From Bacilli bacterium (GTDB lineage Bacteria > Bacillota_I > Bacilli_A > ML615J-28 > CAG-313), in contig JAFQFT010000021.1 in assembly GCA_017398545.1 (NCBI GenBank), positions 2,094 through 66,093 on the forward strand: a stretch of DNA of 64,000 nt. The letters run 5' to 3'. Of the stretch, positions 8,742 to 19,732 are shown one piece after another (positions within the stretch are counted from its first letter, which is position 1; each line of letters begins with the position of its first letter). The translations under genes and the position numbers were made by a program. Under the pieces are notes generated by a model. It was not told the DNA's origin, searched no databases, and saw only the letters and a list, made by a program, of their open reading frames with translations.

Positions 8742-11081
8742 CTATTCATCCCCTTTCTTAATACTTACGCGTCTTTTATCTTTATAATCATGATTACAAA
8801 TATCACTAAACTTACAATAAGTACATGCATCGCCTTTTTCTTCTTCAACATCTAAAGGAGAAATACTAAAGTTAGCATTCCTAATTTGATTAATTACATA
8901 TTCTACATGTTTTCTAGTTGTTTGTAAAAGGTATGAAAATTCATCACTATCCACAACAGGAACACCTTTATATAAAGAACCATCGTTTTTTACTTTAATT
9001 CCTTTTATATATTGTGATGTTGGTATTTTTTTACCCAATTCATCTTCTAAACTACCTAGTGTTGGATCTATTAACTTAATAATATTTAAATCATTAATTG
9101 TAATCCCATCCATTAAATAAGATTCAATGTCTTTTAAATTTTCTTTTTCTTGTAATATTTTTTGAATGTATACACCAGCAATTAAATAATCAGGATATTC
9201 TTCACTTAATAATAACGCATAAATTGGAAGTTGTAAACCAAGTCCAAATTCGACTTTATCTTTATCAAATTCAAACTTACCTGTTTTATAATCAACAACT
9301 GCTATTAACTTAGATGCATCATCAACTAAAAACTTATCAATTCTTCCCATTAATGTAGACAACTCATCAATCTTCATTCTTAATTCTTTTTCATATGAAA
9401 TATTATCTAAGATTGTACTATTATGAAATTCTTTAACCTTCTTAACAACCTTCAATACTTGAGGTAGTACCTTTTCCGCAAAATACCTATCTTTATATGT
9501 TTTAAATGTATTATATATAACTTCTTTATAATCATCTAAATTAATTTCTTTAGTATTAGATTCTTCTAATATATTATGAAATAATGTTCCAATCTCTGTT
9601 TTAAAACTACCAATAAATTCATCAACTCTTAAAATATGTTTCAAATAATACTTAAATGGACATTTCATAAAATCATCTATTTGTGTATAAGATAGTTCTA
9701 TTTGTTGATTTTTATCAAAACTTACAATTTTCTTATAATTATGATCATATATATTAAAACCTAACTCTTCTATAGTAAATGTATTAATCCATTTATTATC
9801 TACACCATATAATTTATTTAAATCTAAATACTTACTAACCTCAAATTCCGCAAATACTTTAGAATATCTAATTGAATTAAGTTCTTTTTTCTCAATAACA
9901 ATACCTAATTTTTCGATTAATACTGATGGATAATAAACACTTTTACCAACTTGATCTTTAAAAGTAATAATTAAATTCTTTGTATTAGAAATAAACCTTA
10001 TTAGTTTTTCTTCATTAATTTCATTTTTAATAATTGAAGTATTTCTATTTAATAAAACTTTTTCACTATCTAAATAAAACTCTGTATCTTTTGCGATAAC
10101 AGGATATACCCCTTGTGAAAAACCAAGCATAAAACAATATTCATGATCTTCTAAAATATAACTATCATCAATCTCTTTAATTGATTCTTTATATTCAAGA
10201 TTTTGTAATGTTTTTTTAGACGCAAGATAACATAATACTTCAATTTGTTTTTCTTTTTCAATTTTCAAACTTGTTACTTCAACAACTAAATCAACAATCG
10301 CACCCAATACATCTTGTGGATCATATTTTGTATTTTGAGTTAACATACTATACGCATCTACAAATGAATTATCTTTTAGTAATTCAAGATATTCTTTAAA
10401 AATAGGTGTATCATATATATATAAATCACTTTTATTAGAAAGGATTAAATTATGATAATTAAAAACCTTTTTTAAAATAAGTTTGTATTCAGAAGGAATA
10501 CTATAAAAATATATATTATTTAAAGACACTCCACTTTCTACTAACTCACCGATTTTAGACATTACATATATTACTTCTTCTTCAATATCATTAAATTTAA
10601 AGCATTCTAATCTTTTATTAGTATTAAATTCTTCAACAAGATATTCAAAATCACTTGTTAATTTACTAATTATATCTAATAATTCAATATCACGCTTTGA
10701 ATAACCTAATATATATACTTTTTTATTATTAAATAAATATTTAAAATAAGGATTTTTAATTAATAATTTATTATTACATAAATCTTCATATATATTATTT
10801 AATAATTTCAACTTATCATTAATAGGTGAAATATTATATAAATTTTTTATTACTTCTTCACATAAACTATACTCATATCCATATTTTTCATGTAAATAAT
10901 ATACAGCATTTATATCATAAGAAAAATAGAAGCCACTTATTAACTCCTCTTTAGACATAAACTTAATATCTTTTATAGTATTTAAAACTGATTTATTTTT
11001 AATCAGTTCTTTTTTTATACTACTAGGACATATAACTATTGATCCATCAGCTATTTTATTAAAATCAATCATAATTTTCAC
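8742..11081 (-). CDS. rexB: Helicase/nuclease subunit B (AddB/RexB type, no Walker A)
   Basis: C-terminal nuclease motif VVDYKTG and Cys cluster (CPFKYY ... CTYCKFSDIC) typical of the AddB Fe-S nuclease domain. No P-loop at the N-terminus. 2-nt gap to addA. Confidence 0.8.
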   Translation of the reverse strand: MKIMIDFNKIADGSIVICPSSIKKELIKNKSVLNTIKDIKFMSKEELISGFYFSYDINAVYYLHEKYGYEYSLCEEVIKNLYNISPINDKLKLLNNIYEDLCNNKLLIKNPYFKYLFNNKKVYILGYSKRDIELLDIISKLTSDFEYLVEEFNTNKRLECFKFNDIEEEVIYVMSKIGELVESGVSLNNIYFYSIPSEYKLILKKVFNYHNLILSNKSDLYIYDTPIFKEYLELLKDNSFVDAYSMLTQNTKYDPQDVLGAIVDLVVEVTSLKIEKEKQIEVLCYLASKKTLQNLEYKESIKEIDDSYILEDHEYCFMLGFSQGVYPVIAKDTEFYLDSEKVLLNRNTSIIKNEINEEKLIRFISNTKNLIITFKDQVGKSVYYPSVLIEKLGIVIEKKELNSIRYSKVFAEFEVSKYLDLNKLYGVDNKWINTFTIEELGFNIYDHNYKKIVSFDKNQQIELSYTQIDDFMKCPFKYYLKHILRVDEFIGSFKTEIGTLFHNILEESNTKEINLDDYKEVIYNTFKTYKDRYFAEKVLPQVLKVVKKVKEFHNSTILDNISYEKELRMKIDELSTLMGRIDKFLVDDASKLIAVVDYKTGKFEFDKDKVEFGLGLQLPIYALLLSEEYPDYLIAGVYIQKILQEKENLKDIESYLMDGITINDLNIIKLIDPTLGSLEDELGKKIPTSQYIKGIKVKNDGSLYKGVPVVDSDEFSYLLQTTRKHVEYVINQIRNANFSISPLDVEEEKGDACTYCKFSDICNHDYKDKRRVSIKKGDE

Positions 11082-11147
11082 CTTCTTCTTTATTTAAATT
11101 ATATCATATTTAACAAAAATAAAATAAGAATTAACAAATCTATTTTG

Positions 11148-11498
11148 TTAATTCTTATTTATAATCCTAAACTTAAAATAATAATCCGTTTGCGTATTCA
11201 AAGTAGTTCTACCATAATAATATTTAACTACTTCATTTTCTTTAATTAAAAGAACTTCTCCATCATTTTCCCAGAGTTTTTTACAAGGTATATTAAGTGT
11301 TACAACAATCAATCCATCAATTTCTTCTATTTTTTCAATAAAAGACTTATTCTCTTCATGAAAAGGAAGATTTAAATACTCTCCTACTTTTAATTTCACC
11401 TCATAACTACCAAAAGAAGAATCCATTTGTGGCATCCCCTCTAAATCAAAGATTGCATGAAATTCATAATATAAAACATATTCATCAATATTTTTCAT
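11148..11498 (-). CDS. Hypothetical protein (116 aa)
   Basis: Clean ORF with GGAGG RBS (aggaggaatgcattATG). No recognisable motif. Confidence 0.4.
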   Translation of the reverse strand: MKNIDEYVLYYEFHAIFDLEGMPQMDSSFGSYEVKLKVGEYLNLPFHEENKSFIEKIEEIDGLIVVTLNIPCKKLWENDGEVLLIKENEVVKYYYGRTTLNTQTDYYFKFRIINKN

Positions 11499-11560
11499 AA
11501 TGCATTCCTCCTTACGATTAGTTTATCATAATAATATATAAATTACAAGAAAAATATATA

Positions 11561-11593
11561 CAAAAAAGATAGATTAAATAAACTAATCTATCT
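11561..11593 (-). terminator. Rho-independent terminator (ancestral guaA terminator)
   Basis: 10-bp stem AGATAGATTA/TAATCTATCT followed on the minus strand by TTTTTTG. Lies directly after the guaA 3' remnant. Confidence 0.65.
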
Positions 11594-11597
11594 ATTT

Positions 11598-11713
11598 TAT
11601 TTCTATTCAAATTCTATTGTTGCAGGTAGTTTAGAAGTGCAATCTAATAGTACTCTATTAACACCTTTTGCTTCATTAACAATTCTTCTTGAAATAATGT
11701 CTAATACATCATA
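11598..11713 (-). pseudogene. Orphan duplicate of the last ~37 codons + stop of guaA (direct repeat copy A)
   Basis: 116 nt match 12876-12991 (the real guaA 3' end) with only 2 mismatches. There is no upstream guaA body, so it is non-functional. Confidence 0.85.
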
Positions 11714-11788
11714 TTGTATTCAAATTCAATTATTGAAATTTTAAAAATTACTATTAAAATATTAGGTAATATTTTTCGATATAAAACA

Positions 11789-11830
11789 GGCCCACCATGG
11801 TACGCTTATATCAGAGGCGCGGTGGGATCT
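11789..11830 (-). ncRNA. 42-nt GC-rich hairpin element, copy A (downstream of abiF)
   Basis: Plus-strand sequence is GGCCCACCATGGTACGCTTATATCAGAGGCGCGGTGGGATCT, identical to 12761-12802. It has a CCCACC/GGTGGG stem plus an inner CGC/GCG helix. On the minus strand it is followed by a U-rich tract, so it may also terminate abiF. Confidence 0.55.
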
Positions 11831-11857
11831 GTCATTATATATTATGTACACATATGA

Positions 11858-12739
11858 TTATTTAATACTATTTAAAATATTTTTCCAATTTTTTTCAAAG
11901 CCAATTTGGGTTAAATCAACACTTGAGTATTTATTAAATAACAAGTCTAAATCATTTATAATCTTATTTTTTTGACTACTATTTTTAATTAATTTAATCA
12001 TGATAAAAACATATATAAATAATTTATGATTACTATTAGATACATTGATATTGTTTTGTGTAAGCATTTTTTTATCATTATTAGAAATTTTAGGAGCAAG
12101 TTCAAATTCTTTTCCATATATCCTGCTTAAATGTGCACAAGAATTTCTTAAATTAGACAAAACATATAGATAATTCTTTAAATAATTTCTATTTATATCT
12201 AAATAATTTTTGCAAACAGCATCTTTACACGAGTTCATTAAATTAGAATACATCATTGATAAATTTCCAAATGATAAAACTTCTACTAAAACCCATATAG
12301 GTATATCCCTCCCATTAAAATGCTTTATAAAAGGTTCTTTAGAATACTTTCTAGTAATACTATCATTAATTTCTATTTGCAAATCGTTAAATCTATTTAC
12401 ATCTAAAAAATTATTTACGTCTAAGTAACATGTTGGTCCAAAAGTTAAAGACAAATTTAAAGCGATTTGTGTTTTAATTAAAATCTCAATATAATTTAAA
12501 AAACTATTAATTAATCCTCTTAATTCGCAATCAAAGTTATAAATTATAGATATCTCCTCAAATGTGGTAGTTTCGTTAAAAACATCATTCTTTGAAAATA
12601 ATTTTAAATATCCTGAAAATTTATAATAATTTACTTGATTTAAAAATTCTTTTGCCATTTCCAAATCAGTAATCTCTAATCCTCTATCAATCAATATTTG
12701 AACCTGTTCTTCTATTGTTTTTGGATCCTTCATTAACAT
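11858..12739 (-). CDS. abiF: Abi_2 (AbiD/AbiF-like) abortive-infection HEPN-domain protein
   Basis: The N-terminus KTIEEQVQILIDRGLEI...AKEFLNQVNYYKFSGYLKLF is the characteristic Abi_2 family signature. It carries the HEPN-type R-x4-H motif RNSCAH. A GGGGGA RBS lies upstream. Confidence 0.85.
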   Translation of the reverse strand: MLMKDPKTIEEQVQILIDRGLEITDLEMAKEFLNQVNYYKFSGYLKLFSKNDVFNETTTFEEISIIYNFDCELRGLINSFLNYIEILIKTQIALNLSLTFGPTCYLDVNNFLDVNRFNDLQIEINDSITRKYSKEPFIKHFNGRDIPIWVLVEVLSFGNLSMMYSNLMNSCKDAVCKNYLDINRNYLKNYLYVLSNLRNSCAHLSRIYGKEFELAPKISNNDKKMLTQNNINVSNSNHKLFIYVFIMIKLIKNSSQKNKIINDLDLLFNKYSSVDLTQIGFEKNWKNILNSIK

Positions 12740-12760
12740 ATTTCCCCCTATGAATAAAAA

Positions 12761-12802
12761 GGCCCACCATGGTACGCTTATATCAGAGGCGCGGTGGGAT
12801 CT
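12761..12802 (-). ncRNA. 42-nt GC-rich hairpin element, copy B (5' leader of abiF); candidate abiF-associated structured RNA
   Basis: Identical to 11789-11830. It sits between a consensus promoter and the abiF RBS. On the minus strand the hairpin is followed by CUUUUUAUU and then AGGGGGA-ATG. Confidence 0.55.
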
Positions 12803-12811
12803 ATTGTAAAA

Positions 12812-12840
12812 ATTATATCATTATATTATAATTAATTCAA
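12812..12840 (-). promoter_or_regulatory. Sigma-70-type promoter of the abiF cassette
   Basis: Minus strand reads TTGAAT (12835-12840), 17-nt spacer, TATAAT (12812-12817). The predicted start is a few nt before hairpin copy B. Confidence 0.6.
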
Positions 12841-12880
12841 TTAAAATGGTAATTTTTTTACATAACTAATAAAAATATTT

Positions 12881-14422
12881 CTATTCAAATTCTATTGTTG
12901 CAGGTGGTTTAGAAGTGCAATCTAATAGTACTCTATTAACACCTTTTACTTCATTAACAATTCTTCTTGAAATAATGTCTAATACATCATAAGGAATTCT
13001 AGCCCAGTCAGCTGTCATAAAGTCAGTTGTAGTTACAGCACGAAGTGCTATTGCGTAGTCGTATGTTCTTTCATCACCCATTACACCAACGCTTTGCATA
13101 TTTGTAAGTGCTGCAAAATATTGACCAAGAGTTTTATCAATACCAGCTTTAGCAATTTCTTCACGATAGATATAGTCAGCATCTTGAACAATTCTAACTT
13201 TTTCCGCTGTTACTTCACCAATAATTCTAATACCAAGGCCTGGTCCTGGGAATGGTTGACGGAATACTAAGTATTCTGGAATTCCAAGTTCTAAACCGAC
13301 TTTCCTTACTTCATCTTTAAATAAAAGTCTTAAAGGTTCAATAATTTCTTTAAAATCAACAACCGATGGAAGACCACCTACATTATGATGTGATTTAATT
13401 GTAGCACTTTTACCAAGACCTGATTCAATAACGTCTGGATAAATTGTACCTTGAACTAAAAAGTCAACTTTACCAATTTTCTTAGCAACTTCTTCAAACA
13501 CTCGTATAAATTCTGTACCAATAATTTTACGTTTTGCTTCTGGATCAGTAACACCTTTAAGTTTACTGTAAAATCTTTCTTGTGCATTTACTCTTACAAA
13601 GTTTAGGTTATAATTTCCATCTTTACCAAATACAGCTTCTACTTCGTCACCTTCATTTTTACGAAGTAAACCATGGTCAACAAATACACATGTAAGATTA
13701 TTACCAACAGCCTTTGATAATAGTACAGCTGCAACACTAGAGTCAACTCCACCAGATAATGCACAAAGTACTTTACCACTACCAACACGGTCTTTAATTT
13801 CCTTGATTGTCTTTTCTGCAAAATCAGCCATTTTCCAGTCACCTGAACATTTACAAATATTTTTAACAAAGTTAGAAAGCATCTTCATACCTTCAACTGT
13901 ATGAGCAACTTCTGGATGGAACTGTACAGCATATAAATTTTTATCTTTATTTTCCATTGCCGCAACAGGACAATCTTTAGAATATGCAGTAACATTAAAT
14001 CCATTTGGTGCTTCTTTTATCAAGTCAGTATGACTCATCCAACAAATTGTTTCTTTTGATACATTATCAAAAAGTAACGAATTATTATCTACAATAATAG
14101 GAGTTTTACCGTATTCTGATGTTTCAGCATGTTCTACACATCCACCTAAAAGATGTGCCATAAGTTGTGATCCATAACAAATACCAAGAATAGGAATATT
14201 TAAATCAAAGATTTCTTTATCACAAAGTGGAGAATTTTCTCCATATACGCTAGCAGGACCACCTGTAAAAATAATACCTTTAGGATTTAATTCCTTAATT
14301 TTTTCGATTGATAAATTATATGGATGAACTTCGCAGTAAACATTACATTCTCTTACTCGACGTGCGATAAGTTGATTATATTGTCCACCAAAGTCTAATA
14401 CTAATACAAGTTCATTTTTCAT
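12881..14422 (-). CDS. guaA: GMP synthase (glutamine-hydrolysing)
   Basis: GATase motifs ([20 protein letters not shown]), ATP-PPase P-loop SGGVDSSV, and canonical C-terminus PPATIEFE. Confidence 0.95.
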   Translation of the reverse strand: MKNELVLVLDFGGQYNQLIARRVRECNVYCEVHPYNLSIEKIKELNPKGIIFTGGPASVYGENSPLCDKEIFDLNIPILGICYGSQLMAHLLGGCVEHAETSEYGKTPIIVDNNSLLFDNVSKETICWMSHTDLIKEAPNGFNVTAYSKDCPVAAMENKDKNLYAVQFHPEVAHTVEGMKMLSNFVKNICKCSGDWKMADFAEKTIKEIKDRVGSGKVLCALSGGVDSSVAAVLLSKAVGNNLTCVFVDHGLLRKNEGDEVEAVFGKDGNYNLNFVRVNAQERFYSKLKGVTDPEAKRKIIGTEFIRVFEEVAKKIGKVDFLVQGTIYPDVIESGLGKSATIKSHHNVGGLPSVVDFKEIIEPLRLLFKDEVRKVGLELGIPEYLVFRQPFPGPGLGIRIIGEVTAEKVRIVQDADYIYREEIAKAGIDKTLGQYFAALTNMQSVGVMGDERTYDYAIALRAVTTTDFMTADWARIPYDVLDIISRRIVNEVKGVNRVLLDCTSKPPATIEFE

Positions 14423-14426
14423 AATT

Positions 14427-16094
14427 TTAGAATAAACCTACAGCTTTTCCGTTTACAACATCCATCTTATTTGCAGCTGGTTCTTTTGGAAGACCAGGCA
14501 TTGTCATAATATCACCACTAAGTGCAACGATAAATCCAGCACCAATAGATGGTTTTAATTCTCTAATTGTGATTGTAAAGTTAGTTGGACGTGCAAGTAA
14601 TTTTGGATTATCAGATAAAGAGTATTGAGTTTTTGCGATACAAATTGGTAAGTTATCCCAACCATTTCTCTTAATTGCTGCCATTTGATTTTTAGCAGTA
14701 GTAGTAAATTCAACACCATCTGCTCCATAAATTTTAGTACAGATAGCTGCAATCTTATCTTTAATAGGAAGAGCTGCATCATAGATTGGAGCAAAGCGTT
14801 CTGCACCATCATGTAATTCAATTTCTTTAACAACTTTTTCTGCAAGTTCAACACCACCTGCACCACCTTTAGCAAATACTTCAGAAAGTGCTACTGGATG
14901 ATTATGTTCTTTTGCCCAATTAGCAAGTGCTTCAACTTCGGCTTCTGTATCAGTTCCAAATTTGTTAATTGCAACAACATATGGAAGATTGTATTTACCA
15001 ATATTTTCAATATGTTTTTCAAGGTTAGTAATACCTTTTAATAAAGCTTCTACGTTTTCAATCGCTAAATCTTTCTTTTCTACACCACCATGCATCTTAA
15101 GTGCTCTAATTGTTGCAACAATAACAACACATGAAGGGTGTAAATCAGCCATACGACATTTAATATCTAAGAATTTTTCAGCACCTAAATCTGCACCAAA
15201 TCCTGCCTCTGTTACAACATAATCACCCATTTTAAGAGCTGTTTTAGTAGCAATTACAGAGTTACAACCATGTGCAATATTTGCAAATGGTCCACCATGA
15301 ATTAGTGTTGGTGTATGTTCAAGTGTTTGAACAAGGTTTGGCATAAGTGCATCTTTCATAATTAAAGTTACAGCACCTGTTGCTTTAATATCTTCAACAG
15401 TTACAGGTTTCTTATCATATGTATATGCAATAACCATTCTTGCGATACGTTTTTTAAAGTCTTCTAGACTAGTTGCAAGACAAAGTACTGCCATAACTTC
15501 TGATGCAACAGTGATATCAAAATGATCTTCTCTAGGCACACCATTTGTTGGACCACCAAGACCAACAATTACATTTCTTAAAGCACGATCATTCATATCT
15601 AGACATCTATGTAAAATAATTCTAGTTGGATCAATTCCAAGTTCATTTCCTTGTTGAATATGGTTATCAAGCATAGCTGCAATAGCATTTGTAGCAGTTG
15701 TTATAGCATGTAGGTCACCAGTAAAGTGAAGATTAATATCTTCCATAGGAATAACTTGTGCGTATCCTCCACCAGCAGCACCACCTTTAACTCCTAATAC
15801 TGGACCGAAACTTGGTTCACGAAGTGCAACTACTGTATTTTTACCAATTTTATTCATTGCATCAGCTAGTCCAATTGTAGTTGTCGATTTACCTTCACCA
15901 GCAGGTGTAGGGTTAATTGCAGTTACTAAGATTAATTTAGCATCTTTTTTATCACTATTAAGTTTATCAAGATGAATCTTTGCTTTATAGTTTCCATAAA
16001 GTTCTAAATCATCTTCAGTTAGACCAACTTTTGCAGCAATTTCTTTTATTTTTAATATTTTCGCTTGTTGAGCAATCTCTAAATCACTTAACAT
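14427..16094 (-). CDS. fhs: Formate--tetrahydrofolate ligase
   Basis: 555 aa with the [16 protein letters not shown]-loop region and full-length family resemblance. Confidence 0.92.
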   Translation of the reverse strand: MLSDLEIAQQAKILKIKEIAAKVGLTEDDLELYGNYKAKIHLDKLNSDKKDAKLILVTAINPTPAGEGKSTTTIGLADAMNKIGKNTVVALREPSFGPVLGVKGGAAGGGYAQVIPMEDINLHFTGDLHAITTATNAIAAMLDNHIQQGNELGIDPTRIILHRCLDMNDRALRNVIVGLGGPTNGVPREDHFDITVASEVMAVLCLATSLEDFKKRIARMVIAYTYDKKPVTVEDIKATGAVTLIMKDALMPNLVQTLEHTPTLIHGGPFANIAHGCNSVIATKTALKMGDYVVTEAGFGADLGAEKFLDIKCRMADLHPSCVVIVATIRALKMHGGVEKKDLAIENVEALLKGITNLEKHIENIGKYNLPYVVAINKFGTDTEAEVEALANWAKEHNHPVALSEVFAKGGAGGVELAEKVVKEIELHDGAERFAPIYDAALPIKDKIAAICTKIYGADGVEFTTTAKNQMAAIKRNGWDNLPICIAKTQYSLSDNPKLLARPTNFTITIRELKPSIGAGFIVALSGDIMTMPGLPKEPAANKMDVVNGKAVGLF

Positions 16095-16115
16095 TATTTT
16101 AATTCCTCCATTTAT

Positions 16116-18197
16116 TTACTTAATACCGAATAATAAATCGATATATGTTGGCATAGGCCAATATTTTCCATCCACTTTAGATTCAAGTGTATCTACAATA
16201 TTTCTTAGTTCATTCATTGTAGTACAAACTGCATCTTTCCAGTGATTAGCTCCAAGAAGACAATCATTTTTAAGTAGTTGTGCTTCTTTTATTTTTTGTT
16301 CTAATTTATCCATTACATCTTTCATTTGTTTTACTAAATCATTTATTTCTAACACTTCATCTTTTAAGTAGTTTGCATTAAGTTTTACAGAAGATAATGT
16401 TTGATAAGTATTAGCTATTTTATCTAAATAAGAAAGACATGCTGGAAATATTTGGCTTTTTGCCATATGTAAAGCAGTGGATGCTTCAACTTGAATTGTT
16501 TTTGAGTAACTATCTAATAAAATTTCATAACGAGAAGATATTTCAGATTCAGTTAAAATTTCAAGTGAAGTAAGTGCTTTAATTTGATTATCATCTTTTA
16601 ATACTTTGATTGCATCAACAGTATTTTTTATATTTGAAAGTTTTCTTCTTTCAACTTCTTTTTCCCATTCTTTTGAGTAACCATTTCCTTCAAAAATAAC
16701 ACGTTTATGATTATTAAAGAATTCTTTAATTACATCGTAAACATTTGCACCTTGTTCTAATCTCTTTGACATTTCTTTCATTGTATATGCAAGCATTGCA
16801 TTAAGCATTGTGTTTGCAATAGCAATTGATTGACTAGAACCAACACCTCTGAATTCAAATTTATTACCTGTAAAAGCAAATGGTGATGTTCTATTTCTAT
16901 CAGTATTATCTTTTTGGAAATCAGGAATTACTTTAACACCTGTTTTAAATCTAGTTTTTTCAATTTCGTGAAGTTCTTTACCATTAATGATTGCTTCAAT
17001 TAAATCATTAAGAGCATCTCCTAAAAACATTGAGATTGTTGCAGGAGGAGCTTCATTACCACCAAGTCTATGATCATTTCCTGGTGTTGCAATAGAAAGT
17101 CTAAGTAAGTCCGCAAAATCATCTACACCTTTTATCATACAAGCAAGTGTTACTAAGAAAGGTAGATTATTTATTGGATCACTTCCTGGTTTAAATAGGT
17201 TAATTCCTGTATTAGTTACAACAGACCAGTTATTATGTTTACCTGATCCATTTACACCTCTAAATGGTTTTTCATGCAGTAAACATCTTAGTCCATGTTT
17301 TTTAGCAATATCTTGTATCAATTGCATAAGTAAATGATTATTATCAGTTGTAATATTTACTTTTCTATATATACAAGCTATTTCGTGTTGTGCAGGAGCA
17401 GCTTCATTATGCTTAGTTTTGGCAGGAATACCATATTTCCAAAGTTCAGAATCAAGTTCTTTCATAAAGTTAGCAATACGACTGTTTAAATAACCATAAT
17501 AATGCCCTTCTAATTCTTGACCTTTTGGAGGATTGGCTCCATACAAAGTTCTTCCTGTAAGTTTTAGGTCTAAACGTTTTTCAAAGTATTCTTCATCAAC
17601 TAAAAAATATTCTTGTTCCGCACCTGCATAACTAGTTACACTTGTTACATCTTTTAAACCAATTAAATTAAGTAATCTAACTGCTTCTTTATTAAGTGCA
17701 TCACATGATTTAAGAAGTGGTGTTTTGTTATCAAGTGCTTCTCCTGTATATGAACAAAAAAGTGTTGGTATATACAAAGATCCATCTTTTACAAATGCAA
17801 GTGACGTACAATCCCATGCAGTATATCCGCGTGCTTCAAATGTTGCACGAAGACCACCTGATGGGAAACTTGATGCATCAGTTTCACCTTTTCTTAAAAG
17901 TTTACCACTAAACTTAACAGTTGCTTTATTATCAAGTAGTTCTAAGAATGAATCATGTTTTTCTGCAGTAAGACCTGTAAGTGGTGCGAACCAATGTGTA
18001 AAATGTGTTGCACCAAGTTCGCTTGCCCATTCAAGCATTGCATCTGCAATAACAGCAGCACATTCTTTAGATAGTGTAGCTCCTGTTTCAAGTGATGATT
18101 TAAATTCTTCATATGTTTCTTTTGGTAAACGTTCTTTCATTACGTCATCATTAAATGTATAACAACCGTAATTTGAAAGTAATTTATTTGTGTCCAT
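16116..18197 (-). CDS. glnN: Glutamine synthetase, type III
   Basis: 693 aa (type III size). GS catalytic-domain motifs such as NEAAPAQHE and HEKPF.GVNGSGKHNNWS. Confidence 0.8.
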   Translation of the reverse strand: MDTNKLLSNYGCYTFNDDVMKERLPKETYEEFKSSLETGATLSKECAAVIADAMLEWASELGATHFTHWFAPLTGLTAEKHDSFLELLDNKATVKFSGKLLRKGETDASSFPSGGLRATFEARGYTAWDCTSLAFVKDGSLYIPTLFCSYTGEALDNKTPLLKSCDALNKEAVRLLNLIGLKDVTSVTSYAGAEQEYFLVDEEYFEKRLDLKLTGRTLYGANPPKGQELEGHYYGYLNSRIANFMKELDSELWKYGIPAKTKHNEAAPAQHEIACIYRKVNITTDNNHLLMQLIQDIAKKHGLRCLLHEKPFRGVNGSGKHNNWSVVTNTGINLFKPGSDPINNLPFLVTLACMIKGVDDFADLLRLSIATPGNDHRLGGNEAPPATISMFLGDALNDLIEAIINGKELHEIEKTRFKTGVKVIPDFQKDNTDRNRTSPFAFTGNKFEFRGVGSSQSIAIANTMLNAMLAYTMKEMSKRLEQGANVYDVIKEFFNNHKRVIFEGNGYSKEWEKEVERRKLSNIKNTVDAIKVLKDDNQIKALTSLEILTESEISSRYEILLDSYSKTIQVEASTALHMAKSQIFPACLSYLDKIANTYQTLSSVKLNANYLKDEVLEINDLVKQMKDVMDKLEQKIKEAQLLKNDCLLGANHWKDAVCTTMNELRNIVDTLESKVDGKYWPMPTYIDLLFGIK

Positions 18198-18208
18198 AGT
18201 AACACTCC

Positions 18209-19732
18209 TTATGAACTTGTTTTATCCTTTAATACTACGTCGTGTGCTCCACCTTCAATAATACTAGTTGAAGAAACAAGTGTTAATTTTGCTTTTTGTT
18301 GTAGTTCTGGGATTGTTAGTGCTCCACAGTTACACATAGTTGATTTTACTTTTGCAAGTGATACTGCAACATTATCTTTTAATGGTCCAGCATATGGTAC
18401 ATATGAGTCAACACCTTCTTCAAATGATAACTTCTTATCTCCACCTAAATCATAACGTTGCCAGTTACGAGCACGAGCTGAGCCTTCGCCCCAGTATTCT
18501 TTCATATATTGTCCGTTGATTTTTACCTTAGTTGTAGGAGATTCATCAAATCTTGAGAAGTATCTACCTAGCATTACAAAGTCAGATCCCATTGCAAGTG
18601 CAAGTGTAATATGATAATCATGAACAATACCACCATCTGAACAAATTGGTACATAAATGCCAGTTTCTTTAAAGTATTCATCACGTGCTTTTGCAACTTC
18701 AATTGTAGCTGTTGCTTGACCGCGTCCAATACCTTTAGTTTCACGAGTAATACAAATAGATCCACCACCGATACCAACTTTAATAAAATCAGCACCACAA
18801 TCAGCTAAGAATCTAAATCCATCTGCATCAACAACATTACCTGCACCAACCATTACTTTGTCACCATAATGTTCTCTAATCCATTCAATAGTTAGTTTTT
18901 GCCATTCACTAAATCCTTCACTTGAATCAATACAAAGAACATCTACACCTGCATTAATTAGTGCTGGAACTCTTTCTTTATAGTCTCTTGTATTAATACC
19001 TGCACCAACTACTAGACGTTTTTCTTTGTCTAATAATTCATTAGGATTATTTTTATTTGATTCATAGTCTTTTCTAAATACAAATGAATCTAAACAACCA
19101 TTTTCATCAACAACTGGAAGTGAGTTTAATTTGTTATCCCAAATAATATCATTTGCTTCTTTTAAAGTTACACCAAGTTTAGCAGTAACTAATTTTTCAA
19201 GTGGCGTCATAAATTCTTTGACTTTTAATTCAGGAGCCATTCTTGATACACGGTAATCTCTACCAGTAACAATACCAAGAAGTTTGCCATGAGCAGTACC
19301 ATCATGTGTGATTGCTACAGTTGAATGTCCATTTTGTTCTTTTAATGCAATTACATCAGCAAGAGTATCTTCTGGTGTCAGATTTGATGCTGAAGTAACA
19401 AAACCAGCTTTATAATCTTTTACACGTTTTACCATTGCAGCTTGATTTTCTATTGTTTGAGATCCATAAATAAATGATATTCCACCTTCTTTTGCAAGTG
19501 CTATAGCAAGTGTATCGTTTGATACTGATTGCATAATTGCAGATACTAGTGGGATGTTAAGAGAAATTCTAGGCTCTTCGCCTTTTTTAAACTTAACAAG
19601 TGGTGTTTTTAAACTAACATTTTTAGGTTGGCATTCTGAACTAGAATACCCAGGTACTAATAAATATTCACTAAATGTTCGTGAAGGTTCTTTAAAATAA
19701 AAAGCCATACTTTCCTCCTTATTCTTTACCAT
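18209..19732 (-). CDS. guaB: IMP dehydrogenase
   Basis: Catalytic Cys loop [12 protein letters not shown], an internal CBS-pair-sized insert, and a TIM-barrel layout. Confidence 0.85.
   Translation of the reverse strand: MVKNKEESMAFYFKEPSRTFSEYLLVPGYSSSECQPKNVSLKTPLVKFKKGEEPRISLNIPLVSAIMQSVSNDTLAIALAKEGGISFIYGSQTIENQAAMVKRVKDYKAGFVTSASNLTPEDTLADVIALKEQNGHSTVAITHDGTAHGKLLGIVTGRDYRVSRMAPELKVKEFMTPLEKLVTAKLGVTLKEANDIIWDNKLNSLPVVDENGCLDSFVFRKDYESNKNNPNELLDKEKRLVVGAGINTRDYKERVPALINAGVDVLCIDSSEGFSEWQKLTIEWIREHYGDKVMVGAGNVVDADGFRFLADCGADFIKVGIGGGSICITRETKGIGRGQATATIEVAKARDEYFKETGIYVPICSDGGIVHDYHITLALAMGSDFVMLGRYFSRFDESPTTKVKINGQYMKEYWGEGSARARNWQRYDLGGDKKLSFEEGVDSYVPYAGPLKDNVAVSLAKVKSTMCNCGALTIPELQQKAKLTLVSSTSIIEGGAHDVVLKDKTSS

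Noticed and set aside
11598-11713. The guaA 3' duplicate could be an assembly artefact or collapsed repeat.
   Set aside because: The two copies differ at 2 positions and have different, sensible flanks: one has the native terminator, the other the intact guaA body. It still deserves read-level confirmation.
12210-12428. A 72-aa plus-strand ORF antisense to abiF could be a protein antitoxin.
   Set aside because: It lies entirely inside the abiF coding sequence on the opposite strand. It has no RBS and a low-complexity composition typical of shadow ORFs in AT-rich DNA.
17725-18162. Many antisense or overlapping track ORFs (e.g. 1964-2212, 14962-15222, 17725-18162, 22799-23149, 25242-25526, 32128-32544, 35067-35414, 50009-50494, 58590-58883).
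   Set aside because: Each lies within a strongly supported gene on the other strand or in another frame. They have odd amino-acid composition and no RBS, so I treat them as shadow ORFs.
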